Part shown: positions 46,414 to 56,799 of the stretch, piece by piece | Layout of the letters: every line of letters starts with the position of its first letter | Numbering within the stretch: position 1 is the stretch's first letter | Source: Candidatus Thorarchaeota archaeon | GTDB lineage: Archaea > Asgardarchaeota > Thorarchaeia > Thorarchaeales > Thorarchaeaceae | Assembly: GCA_016933575.1 (NCBI GenBank) | Contig: JAFGAR010000175.1 | Span: 27,520 to 91,519 of the forward strand | Direction: 5' to 3' | DNA length: 64,000 bases | Translations under genes and position numbers: made by a program | The notes under the pieces: generated by a model | The model's database searches: none | Seen by the model: only the letters and a program-made list of their open reading frames with translations | Told to the model about the DNA's origin: nothing

Positions 46414-47061
46414 CTATCCACTTCCTGCATGAATATCTACGACACGAGATGTAAATCGTCTTGCCTGTTCTACATTATGAGTAACGATAAGGATGCCAAT
46501 TTGATGAGTTTTGATTAGTTCATCTAGCACTTCTTCCACTGCGATAGCTGATTCAGTATCTAATGCAGCTGTTGGCTCATCCAATAGCAGAGCCTTTGGA
46601 TTCATCATCATAGCTCGAGCAATAGCAATGCGTTGCTTTTCGCCGCCTGATAGATTAAACGCATCATCGTCGAGGTCTAAGGAGGATAATTGTACTTCCT
46701 CTAGAATTTTTAATAGCGCTTCATCATCTATTGATTCTCCATGAATTTTCAGACCCCATGTGAGATTATCTCGTACAGTATTTGGGAACATCTGACTCTC
46801 TTGAAGAACAAGAATTACATTTCGTCTTAATTCCCGAGGGTCCCAATCCTTTACAGGCCGATCAAGGGCATATACTTCTCCAGATTGCGGCGTAACTAGA
46901 TCTACAGCGATTCGAAGAAGAGTGCTCTTTCCCGAACCAGATTGACCAGTAAGACCAACTACTTCATTGCTATCAACTGTAAGATTGAAGTTTTGGAAGA
47001 GCTGTCTATCATCAAATGCCATTGATACATTTACGAATTCGAGTAAATGCTCTGTTTTCAT
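46414..47061 (-). CDS. fetA: ABC transporter ATP-binding protein FetA/YbbL-like
   Basis: GQSGSGKST, LSGGEKQR, LLLDEPT; adjacent to fetB; ATG 47061. Confidence 0.8.
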   Translation of the reverse strand: MKTEHLLEFVNVSMAFDDRQLFQNFNLTVDSNEVVGLTGQSGSGKSTLLRIAVDLVTPQSGEVYALDRPVKDWDPRELRRNVILVLQESQMFPNTVRDNLTWGLKIHGESIDDEALLKILEEVQLSSLDLDDDAFNLSGGEKQRIAIARAMMMNPKALLLDEPTAALDTESAIAVEEVLDELIKTHQIGILIVTHNVEQARRFTSRVVDIHAGSG

Positions 47062-47167
47062 TTTCTTTCGCCATAGAAAAAAAGGTGGAACGATTACAAA
47101 AATGGTTGTATAGAACATATAATCCACCAAAGAAATATCAAGCGATGATACATTCCAAAGTGAGGTT

Positions 47168-48154
47168 GTGACTATGCCCGGTTTTATAGTAAGAATGGAT
47201 AATGGCGATTTGAAATGGTTCCCACTCTTTTACTATGATGGAAAATACAAGTTCTACCCACCAAAGGGTGAGAAGACAGGAAGAGAAGTAGGACGTGATT
47301 GGAATTTCAAAAAATACATCTCTGGTTATTGGACACCTACAGCAGCTCCGACATATCGAAGAAGAATTGGTGGTGGCTCAGACCTTGTGGTTCTCGATGA
47401 TGATGGAGACCTTAGATTCTATCCCTTCAAGGAAGAGTCTTTCATGTGTATGGGGACAGGTGACAAGGTAGGTAAAGGCTTCAGAGATACCCTTGACTAC
47501 TATGTTGCTGAATGGACAGGTAATGGAACCTCTGATCTTCTTGTGCGAGATGAAGATGGAGATCTTAGATTGTATCCATGGAATGGAAAGGAGTTCAAAG
47601 ACCTAGGTCGCCAAGAAAAAGTTGGTAATGGATTTGACAAGAAGAAAGTACCAGATATTTATCCAGGCTATTGGACTGGAGGAAGTAGACCAGACATCAT
47701 GATTAGGAAAGATAATGGAGACCTCATTGTCTTTCCATTCGATGGTAAGTCATTCTATGGGAAGGAAGACATTAAGATAGGAGATGATTTCAAACCTAAG
47801 CACTTCCAACACCTCTTGATAGATGAATGGCTTGGAAATGGTACACCTGATATGTTAGCGTATAGGGATAAGCGACTACATCTCTATCAGTTCGGAGTTC
47901 TAGATCCTAAGAATGAAAAACCGATTCGCCCAGATGACTATCAATGGAGATCAGAGAAAGATTTTCATGAGGACTGGACATATCTTGTTGGGCACTGGAG
48001 AACCCCTGGAAGACCTGATCTAATCACAGTGAATAGGAGTAATGACCTCTGGTTCTATCCCTTTGAAGATGGAGTTCTTGTTGATCTTAAGAACGATAAA
48101 CAGGTAGGTAATGATTGGAAGGTAAGTCATTTCTTTGATTTCTATCCAATCTAA
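47168..48154 (+). CDS. FG-GAP/tachylectin-like repeat (beta-propeller) protein
   Basis: About six ~50-aa repeats W.G.G..D(L/I/M).....GDL..YP(F/W).......VG..(F/W). Confidence 0.7.
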   Translation: MTMPGFIVRMDNGDLKWFPLFYYDGKYKFYPPKGEKTGREVGRDWNFKKYISGYWTPTAAPTYRRRIGGGSDLVVLDDDGDLRFYPFKEESFMCMGTGDKVGKGFRDTLDYYVAEWTGNGTSDLLVRDEDGDLRLYPWNGKEFKDLGRQEKVGNGFDKKKVPDIYPGYWTGGSRPDIMIRKDNGDLIVFPFDGKSFYGKEDIKIGDDFKPKHFQHLLIDEWLGNGTPDMLAYRDKRLHLYQFGVLDPKNEKPIRPDDYQWRSEKDFHEDWTYLVGHWRTPGRPDLITVNRSNDLWFYPFEDGVLVDLKNDKQVGNDWKVSHFFDFYPI

Positions 48155-48219
48155 AAAATTTCACCGCAAGCGTCATAAGTAATGTCTAATCGCAGACGCT
48201 TGCCTGTGAGGGGTAAGAA

Positions 48220-48993
48220 TTGATAGAAGGACAAGAAAATCAAGACATGGAGCTATTTAGAGCATCTAATGAAACAAAGAAAATAGCAGTTGGAGTAATA
48301 TTAATCGCCCTTTATGGAATACTAGCTTTACTACCAATGAGTGGATTCATTGGAGCTGCAGGTTTGAGTAGTATACTGAGCTTTGCTATATGTGTTGCTC
48401 CATTGATGGGAATTGTCCTAGGTCCAGGGAGAGGTTTTGGATTTGGACTAATCGCTGGACTCGTGGCAACCATGATCAGTTTACCCATAGGTGGCGGGGT
48501 GTATTTAATTATCCCAACAACAATTCTCGGTCCAGCTGTTTCAGCATTATTCACAGGCTTATCATTAAAGAAGACAACTAAGATTCATGGATTCAAATTA
48601 CCAGGTCCAATAATAACGATATTATATCTCATCATCGTAATCATCCTGTATGAAATCATTAACTATGGAGCATGGTGGTTTATGCTGCCTTACATGCTTG
48701 CAGCAGTAGTCGCAATAATGTTCCAAATAAGAAACTTTGAATTTGACTTAGAAAAATCATATCTTCAGCTTATTCCTTTTACATTCTTAGGGGCTATATT
48801 GGACCATTCGATGATGGCAATCGGATCAGTTTATCTACTTCAAATTCCTTCGGACGTTTTTGGTTATCTAATCTTTCCAGCAATGCTTTTAGAACGGATT
48901 ATAGCAACTCTTCTCGGTGCAATATTAGGATTCATAATTTTCAGAATCTTTGGAAATGAGATTGGCTCTAAACTAAATATAGAGAATCAATGA
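48220..48993 (+). CDS. Membrane protein, ECF S-component-like
   Basis: Multi-TM; APLMGIVLGP..G motif and late ER motif. Confidence 0.6.
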   Translation: MIEGQENQDMELFRASNETKKIAVGVILIALYGILALLPMSGFIGAAGLSSILSFAICVAPLMGIVLGPGRGFGFGLIAGLVATMISLPIGGGVYLIIPTTILGPAVSALFTGLSLKKTTKIHGFKLPGPIITILYLIIVIILYEIINYGAWWFMLPYMLAAVVAIMFQIRNFEFDLEKSYLQLIPFTFLGAILDHSMMAIGSVYLLQIPSDVFGYLIFPAMLLERIIATLLGAILGFIIFRIFGNEIGSKLNIENQ

Positions 48994-49582
48994 TTATCAT
49001 CAAAGCCTCTACCTCAACTTCAAGGGGTAATGTTGCAAGAGACATCATGTCTTTTTGAATGGCTTGAGAGGGAATTGGTGGAAGGTGGATAAAAGTTGCT
49101 TTGATGTTCATATTGTTAGTCACAATTCTCTGCATCACATTATACAAAAGCCAATTACAACCATATGCACCAGCAAAATAGCTGACCTCTGCAGGAATCT
49201 CATTTTCTTTTAATATCTCAACAAGTGTATGGGGATCGATATTAGCAAAATAGGCTGCCAAGCCTTCGTGATTAATGACATCAGTTTGGGGTATGTTATC
49301 GTAATTATCAGGACGCTTATTACTTAGAACATTAATAGCAATCCTCTCAATTGTGATAGCAGCTCTATTTGCTTGTCCGCAACATAAAATAAATGCAGGA
49401 TTATGCCTTTCCAATGCCACGTCGAGAATATCAAGTGCTCTAGTATAATCAAGGGGAAGCACGAGACCTACAATGGCATAGTTGTCAATTCTTTGACCAT
49501 CAAGAATCTTTGCCACTTCAGCTGACGGATTGATATCAAATCCATCAAATGGTTCGAATCCTGTTATGAGAACAATTGGCAT
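48968..49582 (-). CDS. pcp: Pyroglutamyl-peptidase I
   Basis: LITGFEPF..NPS, ERIAIN, AG.YGCN, FIHLP. Confidence 0.93.
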   Translation of the reverse strand: MPIVLITGFEPFDGFDINPSAEVAKILDGQRIDNYAIVGLVLPLDYTRALDILDVALERHNPAFILCCGQANRAAITIERIAINVLSNKRPDNYDNIPQTDVINHEGLAAYFANIDPHTLVEILKENEIPAEVSYFAGAYGCNWLLYNVMQRIVTNNMNIKATFIHLPPIPSQAIQKDMMSLATLPLEVEVEALMIIIDSLYLV

Positions 49583-49629
49583 ATTATCACACCTCGTTAA
49601 TTACGCATCATCCTAATGAGTACTATGAA

Positions 49630-50307
49630 TCAGCTAAACACAGCAATAAGTCCGGGTGCAGCAAGAATAACAAACCAGAAACCTAGTCCAATTTGAACAA
49701 GACCAATGATGACACTTATCCAGTTGATGCCACCAACCTTTGCTTTCTTTGTTGCCACATCGGTGCCAAGTGTAAGTGCTGCTCCATAGATGAAATCTGT
49801 AGAAACATGGGTGATGTAGATTAGAACTCCAGCTAGGAAGACTGTGCCAACGCCTACTTGGAGTGTACCAACCAACATTGTGACATTAGCTAATCCTACG
49901 CCAAACCACCAGAGCAGGAAATAAGGGCTTAGTATACTCACAGCAGCGCCTTGAGTCGTAGCCTCAAGAATGGAGGATGCAGTAGCTTTTGGTGTTTCTT
50001 GGACCTTTGTTTCCTCTCGAAATCGATAATCCCGTAGCGCGAGAACTCCAAAGAGAATGATCACTGCGCCTCCAAATCCCACTAATAAATCAATCATGAG
50101 AGATGTTAGGGTGAGTGTTTGTACACTAATTATAATCGCGGCGATGATGCCTACCTCCACGATAGCATGACCAACCATTGGCAATATTCCATGGAGTCTT
50201 CCATGTTTACTACTCTGCATCACTACTGCTGCAGTTAGAGGACCTGGTGCGAGTGCCCCAGTAAGCGAGAGTGCGAACCAAGCTGCAAGAATCTCAAAAA
50301 CACCCAT
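49630..50307 (-). CDS. LysE family transporter
   Basis: GALAPGP, GHAIVE, SPYFLLWW motifs. Confidence 0.85.
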   Translation of the reverse strand: MGVFEILAAWFALSLTGALAPGPLTAAVVMQSSKHGRLHGILPMVGHAIVEVGIIAAIIISVQTLTLTSLMIDLLVGFGGAVIILFGVLALRDYRFREETKVQETPKATASSILEATTQGAAVSILSPYFLLWWFGVGLANVTMLVGTLQVGVGTVFLAGVLIYITHVSTDFIYGAALTLGTDVATKKAKVGGINWISVIIGLVQIGLGFWFVILAAPGLIAVFS

Positions 50308-50475
50308 GGATTGACCTCTTACTAAGGGAGTTGAGAATGCTTAGAAAAGCATAATGCTATGAACGTTTCTTGAATGAATGTATTAATGGTATTACAAAAT
50401 CCAAGAAAATGCCTTTCCAGAAATGCTTAAGTGGACTGCAATAAAGTCACGCTACCAAAATGGAGCTGTAAGTCT

Positions 50476-51597
50476 GTGAAACAGGTACAGATAACGGTAC
50501 CCTACGAAAAGACAGAGGCCGTAATTGATTTTCTTCTTGATGGATTGAGTATTAAGAATATAATGAAATTCAATGCGGATAATGCCATTGTTCTTCAGTT
50601 TAGAATCAAAGATGATTCTATTAACGAAACAATCGAGGGTCTCAAAAGCAGAGGTGTCGGTGTAGAATACGGATTTGTAGATATCCTAGATCTCAAAGCA
50701 TCCCTTCCAAGAGAAGCGGAAGAAAAAGCAAATGATGCAAAGATTCAGCGAGAGGCAGCTTTAGCTGTAGAAGAGATCTATGACAATGTCAAGAAGCAAG
50801 CATCACTTGGTTTTGACTATATATCATTCGTAGTTCTTGCTGCTGTGATGGCAGGAATAGGCCTCATTCAAAATAATGTCACTGTTATTGTTGCATCTAT
50901 GCTCCTATCACCACTCATGGGGCCGATGTTAGGTGTAGCCCTTGGATATGTCGTACGCGATAATGCTCTCTTTGTGAAAGGCACTCGTAATGAATTAATT
51001 GGAATTGCATTATCGTTATCAGTTGGAGCCATATTGGGACTTGTCCTATTATTCTTTTTACCAAGCATTGATGGAGTTATCCAGGCTGAAGTCGAAGGTG
51101 GAATTATTACTGAGATAACCCGACGTAATGGATTTGCTGCACTTGATATTGGAGTAGCAATATTCTCAGGTGCTGCTGTAGCTGTATCTGTAACCCGAGG
51201 TGATATGTCATCTCTGGTCGGTGTTGCAATATCAGCTGCATTAATGCCTCCAGCGGTAAATGCGGCTATGATGGCAGTTCTTGGTCTTATTACCGCTAAT
51301 GCAGTAGTCCTTAACGTTGGGATAGGTTCCTTCGCACTCCTAGGAATGAATATCATCCTCATTGATATTTCTGCAATTGTGATGTTTAAAGTCAAGAAAC
51401 TCACTCATATGGCAGATAAATCTGCAACTTGGACTGCAGTCACACAATTCAGAAAGACCTCTTTAGAGAGCCTCTATCATCACCCCACACCTGAGAAGAA
51501 GGAAGAGGCGGCTGCGACATTTACACCTGTTGAGAAAAAGGAAAAATCCAAGGAATTACCAGAAACAAACTCCGCAGAAGCAGAGAAGTCTGAATAG
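50476..51597 (+). CDS. TIGR00341/DUF389 family membrane protein
   Basis: IVASMLLSPLMGP, LVGVAISAALMPPA; GTG 50476 after GGAG. Confidence 0.85.
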   Translation: MKQVQITVPYEKTEAVIDFLLDGLSIKNIMKFNADNAIVLQFRIKDDSINETIEGLKSRGVGVEYGFVDILDLKASLPREAEEKANDAKIQREAALAVEEIYDNVKKQASLGFDYISFVVLAAVMAGIGLIQNNVTVIVASMLLSPLMGPMLGVALGYVVRDNALFVKGTRNELIGIALSLSVGAILGLVLLFFLPSIDGVIQAEVEGGIITEITRRNGFAALDIGVAIFSGAAVAVSVTRGDMSSLVGVAISAALMPPAVNAAMMAVLGLITANAVVLNVGIGSFALLGMNIILIDISAIVMFKVKKLTHMADKSATWTAVTQFRKTSLESLYHHPTPEKKEEAAATFTPVEKKEKSKELPETNSAEAEKSE

Positions 51598-51602
51598 TTT
51601 CG

Positions 51603-52250
51603 GTGGGGCAGATGACCTCAGAAATAGTATTCAGGGTACTGTTTACAACGGTATTTGTAGCCTTCTGGATAGTCAGGATGTACTATGTTAGAAAGACTCG
51701 AAATCCTGCAAAGCCTCGATCTAGAGCTGAGCGACGAGAGGCCATGAAGAAAGAGGGATGGACAGGAATCGCGTTAGTTATCCTCACTCCTATTGAACTA
51801 ATTATCATCATTCTGTATATCTTAAATCCAATATGGATGATGTGGGCAACCCTTGTCGTTGATGAAGGTGCTCGCTGGTTGGGATTCGCCTTTATGATTG
51901 TTTCACTCCCGTTTATGGCATGGGTCCACAGAACACTTGGAAAACATTATTCTTATGCACTTGAAACAAAGATTGAACAAGCGATAGTTAGAGAAGGTCC
52001 ATATGCACGTCTAAGGCATCCCTTGTATTCAGCACACAACCTCTTCAACCTGGGAATGATTTTATTCACGGTTTACGTGCCATTAATTATCTTTGCAGTT
52101 ATTGGGATTCCAATCACCTACTCGAGAATGAAATCTGAAGAATCGATGTTGGTACGTGAATTTGGTGATGACTATACGGGTTACATGCATCGAACAGGTA
52201 GGATCTTTCCAAAGGTTAGAAGGAGTTCTTCTTCTAAAAATGAAACCTAG
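51603..52250 (+). CDS. Isoprenylcysteine carboxyl methyltransferase (ICMT/PEMT) family protein
   Basis: GPYARLRHPLYS, EE..L...FG..Y..Y...TGRIFP. Confidence 0.88.
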   Translation: MGQMTSEIVFRVLFTTVFVAFWIVRMYYVRKTRNPAKPRSRAERREAMKKEGWTGIALVILTPIELIIIILYILNPIWMMWATLVVDEGARWLGFAFMIVSLPFMAWVHRTLGKHYSYALETKIEQAIVREGPYARLRHPLYSAHNLFNLGMILFTVYVPLIIFAVIGIPITYSRMKSEESMLVREFGDDYTGYMHRTGRIFPKVRRSSSSKNET

Positions 52251-52300
52251 TATTTCCTCAGTATCACAAGACAATATAGGATTAATCGAAGAGGGTTAAC

Positions 52301-52666
52301 TTGCTAACCTTTTGGAAGGAAAACCGAATGACCGAGCAAGGACCTCTTAAAAATAAGCTCTTCAAAGGACTCACCGAGCATGATATCCTTACCTGGGAAG
52401 AGGAAAAGATGCGATACCAACGTAAAATGCGACGAAAGGTTACAGATCTCGAATTTCTGAGGTATTTGATGATGAAAGCGACGAGACCGGTCATCACAAC
52501 CAAGGATGGAGTTGCCTCTGGTTTCCTTACTGGCCAAGGTCCAATTTATGAAAAAGGAGAGACCCTTCTGACAAAATATCGAACTCAAACACATGAAGAG
52601 ATGATTGCTTCAACACAGAATCCTCAAAAACGTTCCAAATTGCCACATTCTGATATGTCCATGTGA
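52301..52666 (+). CDS. Hypothetical protein
   Basis: 121-aa ORF with RBS-like GAGGGT / GGAAGGA. Confidence 0.55.
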   Translation: MLTFWKENRMTEQGPLKNKLFKGLTEHDILTWEEEKMRYQRKMRRKVTDLEFLRYLMMKATRPVITTKDGVASGFLTGQGPIYEKGETLLTKYRTQTHEEMIASTQNPQKRSKLPHSDMSM

Positions 52667-52686
52667 TAAGCCTTAAATTGGTTTTT

Positions 52687-52712
52687 TCTAGTATACCACT
52701 TGGTATACTAGA
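52687..52712. promoter_or_regulatory. Perfect 12-2-12 inverted repeat
   Basis: TCTAGTATACCA-CT-TGGTATACTAGA. Confidence 0.5.
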
Positions 52713-52976
52713 TACGATGTGTTTGTATAGAACAAAGATCAATGACCAAAAATTCATCGTTCTAAACATACCTTGGAGAAAAAAATATGCTTACGCATCA
52801 AAACGAAGAGATTCCAGAAACATTCCCACCTTACGTTTCGAATGCGGGTTTAGATTTCTGGGAACCAGACCAGCTGTACATTGAATGGATTGCATTCCTG
52901 TACGCAATTTGGGAAAAAGTTGACTATCTATAATAATAGGTATGTTATTTGAAAAACGGAATGAAGGTACATCTAA

Positions 52977-53720
52977 TTGACCCAAGAAAGGCCGAGTGAT
53001 CTTGACAAAGTATTCAAAGCTCTCGGAAATGAAACCAGAAGAAAAATCCTACAACTTTTAGCTCAAGGAGCACGTTACCCATATGATTTGGCAAACACCC
53101 TTGATCTAACACCCCGAGGCGCATTCAAGCATCTTGAAGTACTTAGAGAAGCAGGATTGGTTGAGCGAGAGCATGGAGAGAGTAATCTAGGTCCAGATAG
53201 GGTGTATTATAGATTAAATGTGAGATTTGGTCTATCAACTACAATACTACCTGATACTTTCGTTGTTCGACTCACAAGACGTGACGGGATGGCTGGCAGA
53301 ATTAGAATACCTCACGGTTTCATCATTCCCGAAGCAAGATCTGATGTTCTAGCAGTACGAAAACTCCTCAGCGAATTGGGAAGAGTAAACAAACGGTTAA
53401 TGGAAATTGATGACGAAAGAATGAGATTTGCATCTCTAAGAGGACAAATAATCAAACGTATTGAGACTATCATGAGTCAATGCAATTGGGATGATGAGAG
53501 CTGTAGGCAAGTTCGTTCTCTCCTAGATCGTTCACTTGTAGATTCTATAGAACAAACAACTCCATCAGCTGATGATGCTGTTACAGAGACTTGGACTGAT
53601 ATAATGAAACAGACACTCGACCTCTTTGAGAGGCTCTTCTCTTCTCGCAGTATTCAATTGAGAGAAAAAGACGAATTAGACGAAGAGGATGATGAAGAGA
53701 TTGAGTTGGATATTGAGTGA
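52977..53720 (+). CDS. ArsR-family transcriptional regulator with coiled-coil C-terminus
   Basis: FKALGNETRRKIL..L, HLEVLREAGLV, RVYY winged HTH. Confidence 0.9.
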   Translation: MTQERPSDLDKVFKALGNETRRKILQLLAQGARYPYDLANTLDLTPRGAFKHLEVLREAGLVEREHGESNLGPDRVYYRLNVRFGLSTTILPDTFVVRLTRRDGMAGRIRIPHGFIIPEARSDVLAVRKLLSELGRVNKRLMEIDDERMRFASLRGQIIKRIETIMSQCNWDDESCRQVRSLLDRSLVDSIEQTTPSADDAVTETWTDIMKQTLDLFERLFSSRSIQLREKDELDEEDDEEIELDIE

Positions 53721-53722
53721 TA

Positions 53723-54403
53723 TCACCAATTCCATGTTATTTCCCAGCTGGATCTATTTGGCTTAGACATGTTTGGCACATATTCAATCGGATTGTAGGG
53801 AAGTTCGACACCTTTAGCTTTCTTAACAGTCAAGTAGTGCTTTCCTCGAGTTGTAGTTAATGTGATAATACCTTGGGCAAGCGAGAATAACTGATTCACT
53901 GTTACTGAATCGGCAGTCTCTGCGTGAACTAGATAGAACTCATTAGAACCAATCTTGATACTCTCTTCAACGCATTCCTTGAAAAATTGTACAACATCAC
54001 GAGCTGAGAAATCAATTAAAAGTGGAGTGAGTCCCTCAAACGTGATAAGTTTGGGAGCCAAGTCTTTTCTAAGGCTTCTGAGTTGGATATTTATTTCGTG
54101 AAGATGAGGAGAACAAGTATGGACACCCAAGGGCTTTTGACCGTATCCCACTTCAAGAATCGTGAAATCGTTATTCTGCTTTTCAGCAAGTTCAATCATT
54201 AGTGAGCGGTTTCGAGCCTCTGTAACTACCTCTAGTGTTTTGAGTTTCAACTCGATGGCTCTTCGTATCAATGTGAGCATGAAGAGATCATAATGACTGT
54301 CTTGTGATGCCATAACGAGGAAAACATAGCCTGGAGGTGGTTTAGTCAGCAAACTGTCTACGATGCTATACTGTGAACCTGATTTAGTAGGTTCTTCGGC
54401 CAT
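53723..54403 (-). CDS. Inactivated KaiC/RecA-superfamily ATPase-like protein
   Basis: KaiC-like fold cues (ITFEGLTPL, QGIITL, LTVKKAKG); Walker A replaced by ASQDSHYD. Confidence 0.6.
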   Translation of the reverse strand: MAEEPTKSGSQYSIVDSLLTKPPPGYVFLVMASQDSHYDLFMLTLIRRAIELKLKTLEVVTEARNRSLMIELAEKQNNDFTILEVGYGQKPLGVHTCSPHLHEINIQLRSLRKDLAPKLITFEGLTPLLIDFSARDVVQFFKECVEESIKIGSNEFYLVHAETADSVTVNQLFSLAQGIITLTTTRGKHYLTVKKAKGVELPYNPIEYVPNMSKPNRSSWEITWNW

Positions 54404-54421
54404 GTTACAATCACTCTTCTT

Positions 54422-54802
54422 CTATATTCCCAGATGTTTTCTAATTGTTGCAACTAAAGCCTTACCTGAAAATGGTTTAACGATGTACTCATCAGCGCCG
54501 ACTTCCTCTCCTCGTTCCATATCGCTACTAAGTCCTTTAGCAGTAAACATCAAAATTGGTGTGTTTCTGAATTGGTCAGTCGCTTTGAGCGTTTTACATA
54601 CTGTAAAACCATCAATTGTTGGTAGCATCACATCAAGGAGAATAAGGTCAGGATCTTCCGACCGTGCAATTTCAATTGCCTCTTCTCCATCTCCTGCAAT
54701 GATTACCACGAAATCATGCTTCTCAAGAAAGGTCTTTGCTAATTCAGTTGTGAGTTCCTCGTCATCAACGACCAAAATTTTCTTTGTTTTAGAGCTGTTC
54801 AC
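54422..54802 (-). CDS. Single-domain response regulator
   Basis: LVVDDE, ILLDVMLP, MFTA, YIVKPF. Confidence 0.93.
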   Translation of the reverse strand: MNSSKTKKILVVDDEELTTELAKTFLEKHDFVVIIAGDGEEAIEIARSEDPDLILLDVMLPTIDGFTVCKTLKATDQFRNTPILMFTAKGLSSDMERGEEVGADEYIVKPFSGKALVATIRKHLGI

Positions 54803-54811
54803 TAGCTCACC

Positions 54812-56194
54812 TCATACGATTGGTATTAATTCATAGTCAAGGAATCCTTTAGAGAGCACAGGACTCACTGCCAAGTAGTTCGTTCTTGGAATGATTCCAC
54901 ATACACTTAGCACTCCGCTTAATTCCTTGACTCGTAAATGTACGCCATGAGCAACAGAGCCACTCTTGAGGCTTTGTTGTTGGCTTAATATTGAAACTGT
55001 AGCTCTCTGACTTAGGGGAAGAGCTGCTGTTATTTCTGCAAGCATTCCTTTTACATCAGTAACTCCGTATTTATTCTCCAATAGGTCCAATGAGAAAAGT
55101 TCTGTCACTGGAGACCCAAATTCACGTTCTAATAATGTTGATTCATATCTGATTTCCTGGAGAGTCTTCCAAGGATCATCATCAATACTTCGTACGTTGC
55201 TTCTGGTCCCAAGAGCATGTCTACCAAAGAAGACAACCTGTTTTTCAACAACTTCTGGTTCAACAAAATGGCAGAGGCCATGTATGAAACGATTTGGAGA
55301 CCAACCTTCAGGAAGTAGGATTAGTGCAGATCTTCCGAGTTGTAAATGATTAGAAAGAAAAGGAATGTAGATGGTCTCAAGATAAGGTGCTGCAAGATTC
55401 TCTACCTCTATAAGACTGAGTAGCCCCTTATCGAATCCGCCACCTAGAATGACATCAAGACTCCTATTTCCTGTGGATATTTTATTCTTGGAAGGATCTT
55501 CTATCGGTTCTCGTTCTACTGTGATTGGAGGAAACTGATGGGTATGCCAAGGAATATAGCTAAATCTCCCACCAGTCAAAGTAAACAAGAACGTATCTTG
55601 ACTGACAGGTCTTGCCCTCATCTTCTCAATGCTCATCTGTCTGAACATGCGATGGTTATCGTGGAGTTTCTCGAATCGCAATATTGCATCAGCAGAATAG
55701 AAAAGAGATCGTAATTCTAAGTTCTCTGTTCCACCTTCTGTGACAAAAATCAGTTTCTTTCCTTCGTTACGGGCTGCATAGATCATTGACTGCTGAATCT
55801 CTTGTCTTTTAGAATCTTGAATTGGCATAATAAAATCAGTCCAAGAGTCAATGATGACAATATTACTATCAGGAGATATATCTGAAGATCCCAGTAGAGT
55901 ACCCAACTGGTCAGACATAGGCATTTCATGGAGGAGTTTGTCACCAATTGTTCTCCAATAGTGAGCAACAATGTTACGCTCTTTCCAATTCGGGTATCTT
56001 GAGAGTTCTTGTTTGGCTACACTTGTTGCTTCAGCATTTGAAAGAATGAGAAGGGAGTCCGCATACTCTCTAAAAATCTCATGCACAAACAAAGTCTTTC
56101 CAGTTCCTGGTTTTCCAGTCACCATCATGACATATCCCTGTGCTGAGTCTAATGCATCTCTAATACTGGGTGGAATTGCACCCTGTGCGCTCAT
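54812..56194 (-). CDS. GvpD-like double-domain KaiC-family P-loop ATPase
   Basis: GKPGTGKT, IIDSW, IEKMR in domain 1; ISTGNRSLDVILGGG with degenerate Walker A in domain 2. Confidence 0.82.
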   Translation of the reverse strand: MSAQGAIPPSIRDALDSAQGYVMMVTGKPGTGKTLFVHEIFREYADSLLILSNAEATSVAKQELSRYPNWKERNIVAHYWRTIGDKLLHEMPMSDQLGTLLGSSDISPDSNIVIIDSWTDFIMPIQDSKRQEIQQSMIYAARNEGKKLIFVTEGGTENLELRSLFYSADAILRFEKLHDNHRMFRQMSIEKMRARPVSQDTFLFTLTGGRFSYIPWHTHQFPPITVEREPIEDPSKNKISTGNRSLDVILGGGFDKGLLSLIEVENLAAPYLETIYIPFLSNHLQLGRSALILLPEGWSPNRFIHGLCHFVEPEVVEKQVVFFGRHALGTRSNVRSIDDDPWKTLQEIRYESTLLEREFGSPVTELFSLDLLENKYGVTDVKGMLAEITAALPLSQRATVSILSQQQSLKSGSVAHGVHLRVKELSGVLSVCGIIPRTNYLAVSPVLSKGFLDYELIPIV

Positions 56195-56360
56195 GTGAAA
56201 GGCCCCTTACTTGCGCAATGAAGTCAATATTATAACTCCAGCTATGGCAGTTTGACTTAATGGTCATATAAGGATATGTGGCTCATTTATTCCTAGTTTT
56301 TTTGGATAATTCATTAATATCTACTAGAGAGTAAGTCCACTAAAATATCGAAACATGGCA

Positions 56361-56729
56361 CTAATTATGCTCTGGAGATCGCGGGAGTGTCCGTGGTCTT
56401 CGAGGAATCTCAACTTGCGACCCTGATTTTCCAGGGATTGTTCCCATACAGAAATGTCGGAATGTCTTTGCTGTGGTGTATACAATGCCTAATGATTGAG
56501 ATGGCAATCCCTTCGGGAAGATGAAAACTGAGTCATCAAAAGCAAGAATGTCTTCATACTTCTTATCAAATCCATAACTGTAGCATATACACTCTGTATA
56601 GGAAAGATGGAATTTAAGATACGACATAGGAATGCCAGCTAATTTCCGAGGGATATGAAGGGTTTCAAGTTCAGCCTCATAATAAACAGAATCAGCTTGA
56701 GCTGTGAACGGACCTTGAGAAAAGTCCAT
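56361..56729 (-). CDS. Hypothetical protein
   Basis: 122-aa ORF co-oriented with neighbours. Confidence 0.55.
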   Translation of the reverse strand: MDFSQGPFTAQADSVYYEAELETLHIPRKLAGIPMSYLKFHLSYTECICYSYGFDKKYEDILAFDDSVFIFPKGLPSQSLGIVYTTAKTFRHFCMGTIPGKSGSQVEIPRRPRTLPRSPEHN

Positions 56730-56799
56730 TACAAACTACCAAAAAAAAAGAAAGAGCTTGGCACATTTTATTTGTTCCTAATTGTATTTGCAGAATGAG

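Noticed and set aside
49551-49562. GGTTCGAATCC, resembling a tRNA T-loop
   Set aside because: It is the reverse complement of the GFEP codons of pcp; no cloverleaf around it.
50868-51404. 178-aa antisense ORF and the many other short ORFs overlapping real genes
   Set aside because: Shadow frames of well-supported genes, without motifs or RBS.
51603-52250. ICMT-family gene as a Rab prenylation/methylation pathway
   Set aside because: Both GTPases lack C-terminal Cys, the genes are 47 kb apart, and this family is widespread in prokaryotes.
54812-56194. Gas vesicle cluster or circadian clock
   Set aside because: No gvpA/structural genes and no kaiA/kaiB; only family-level similarity.
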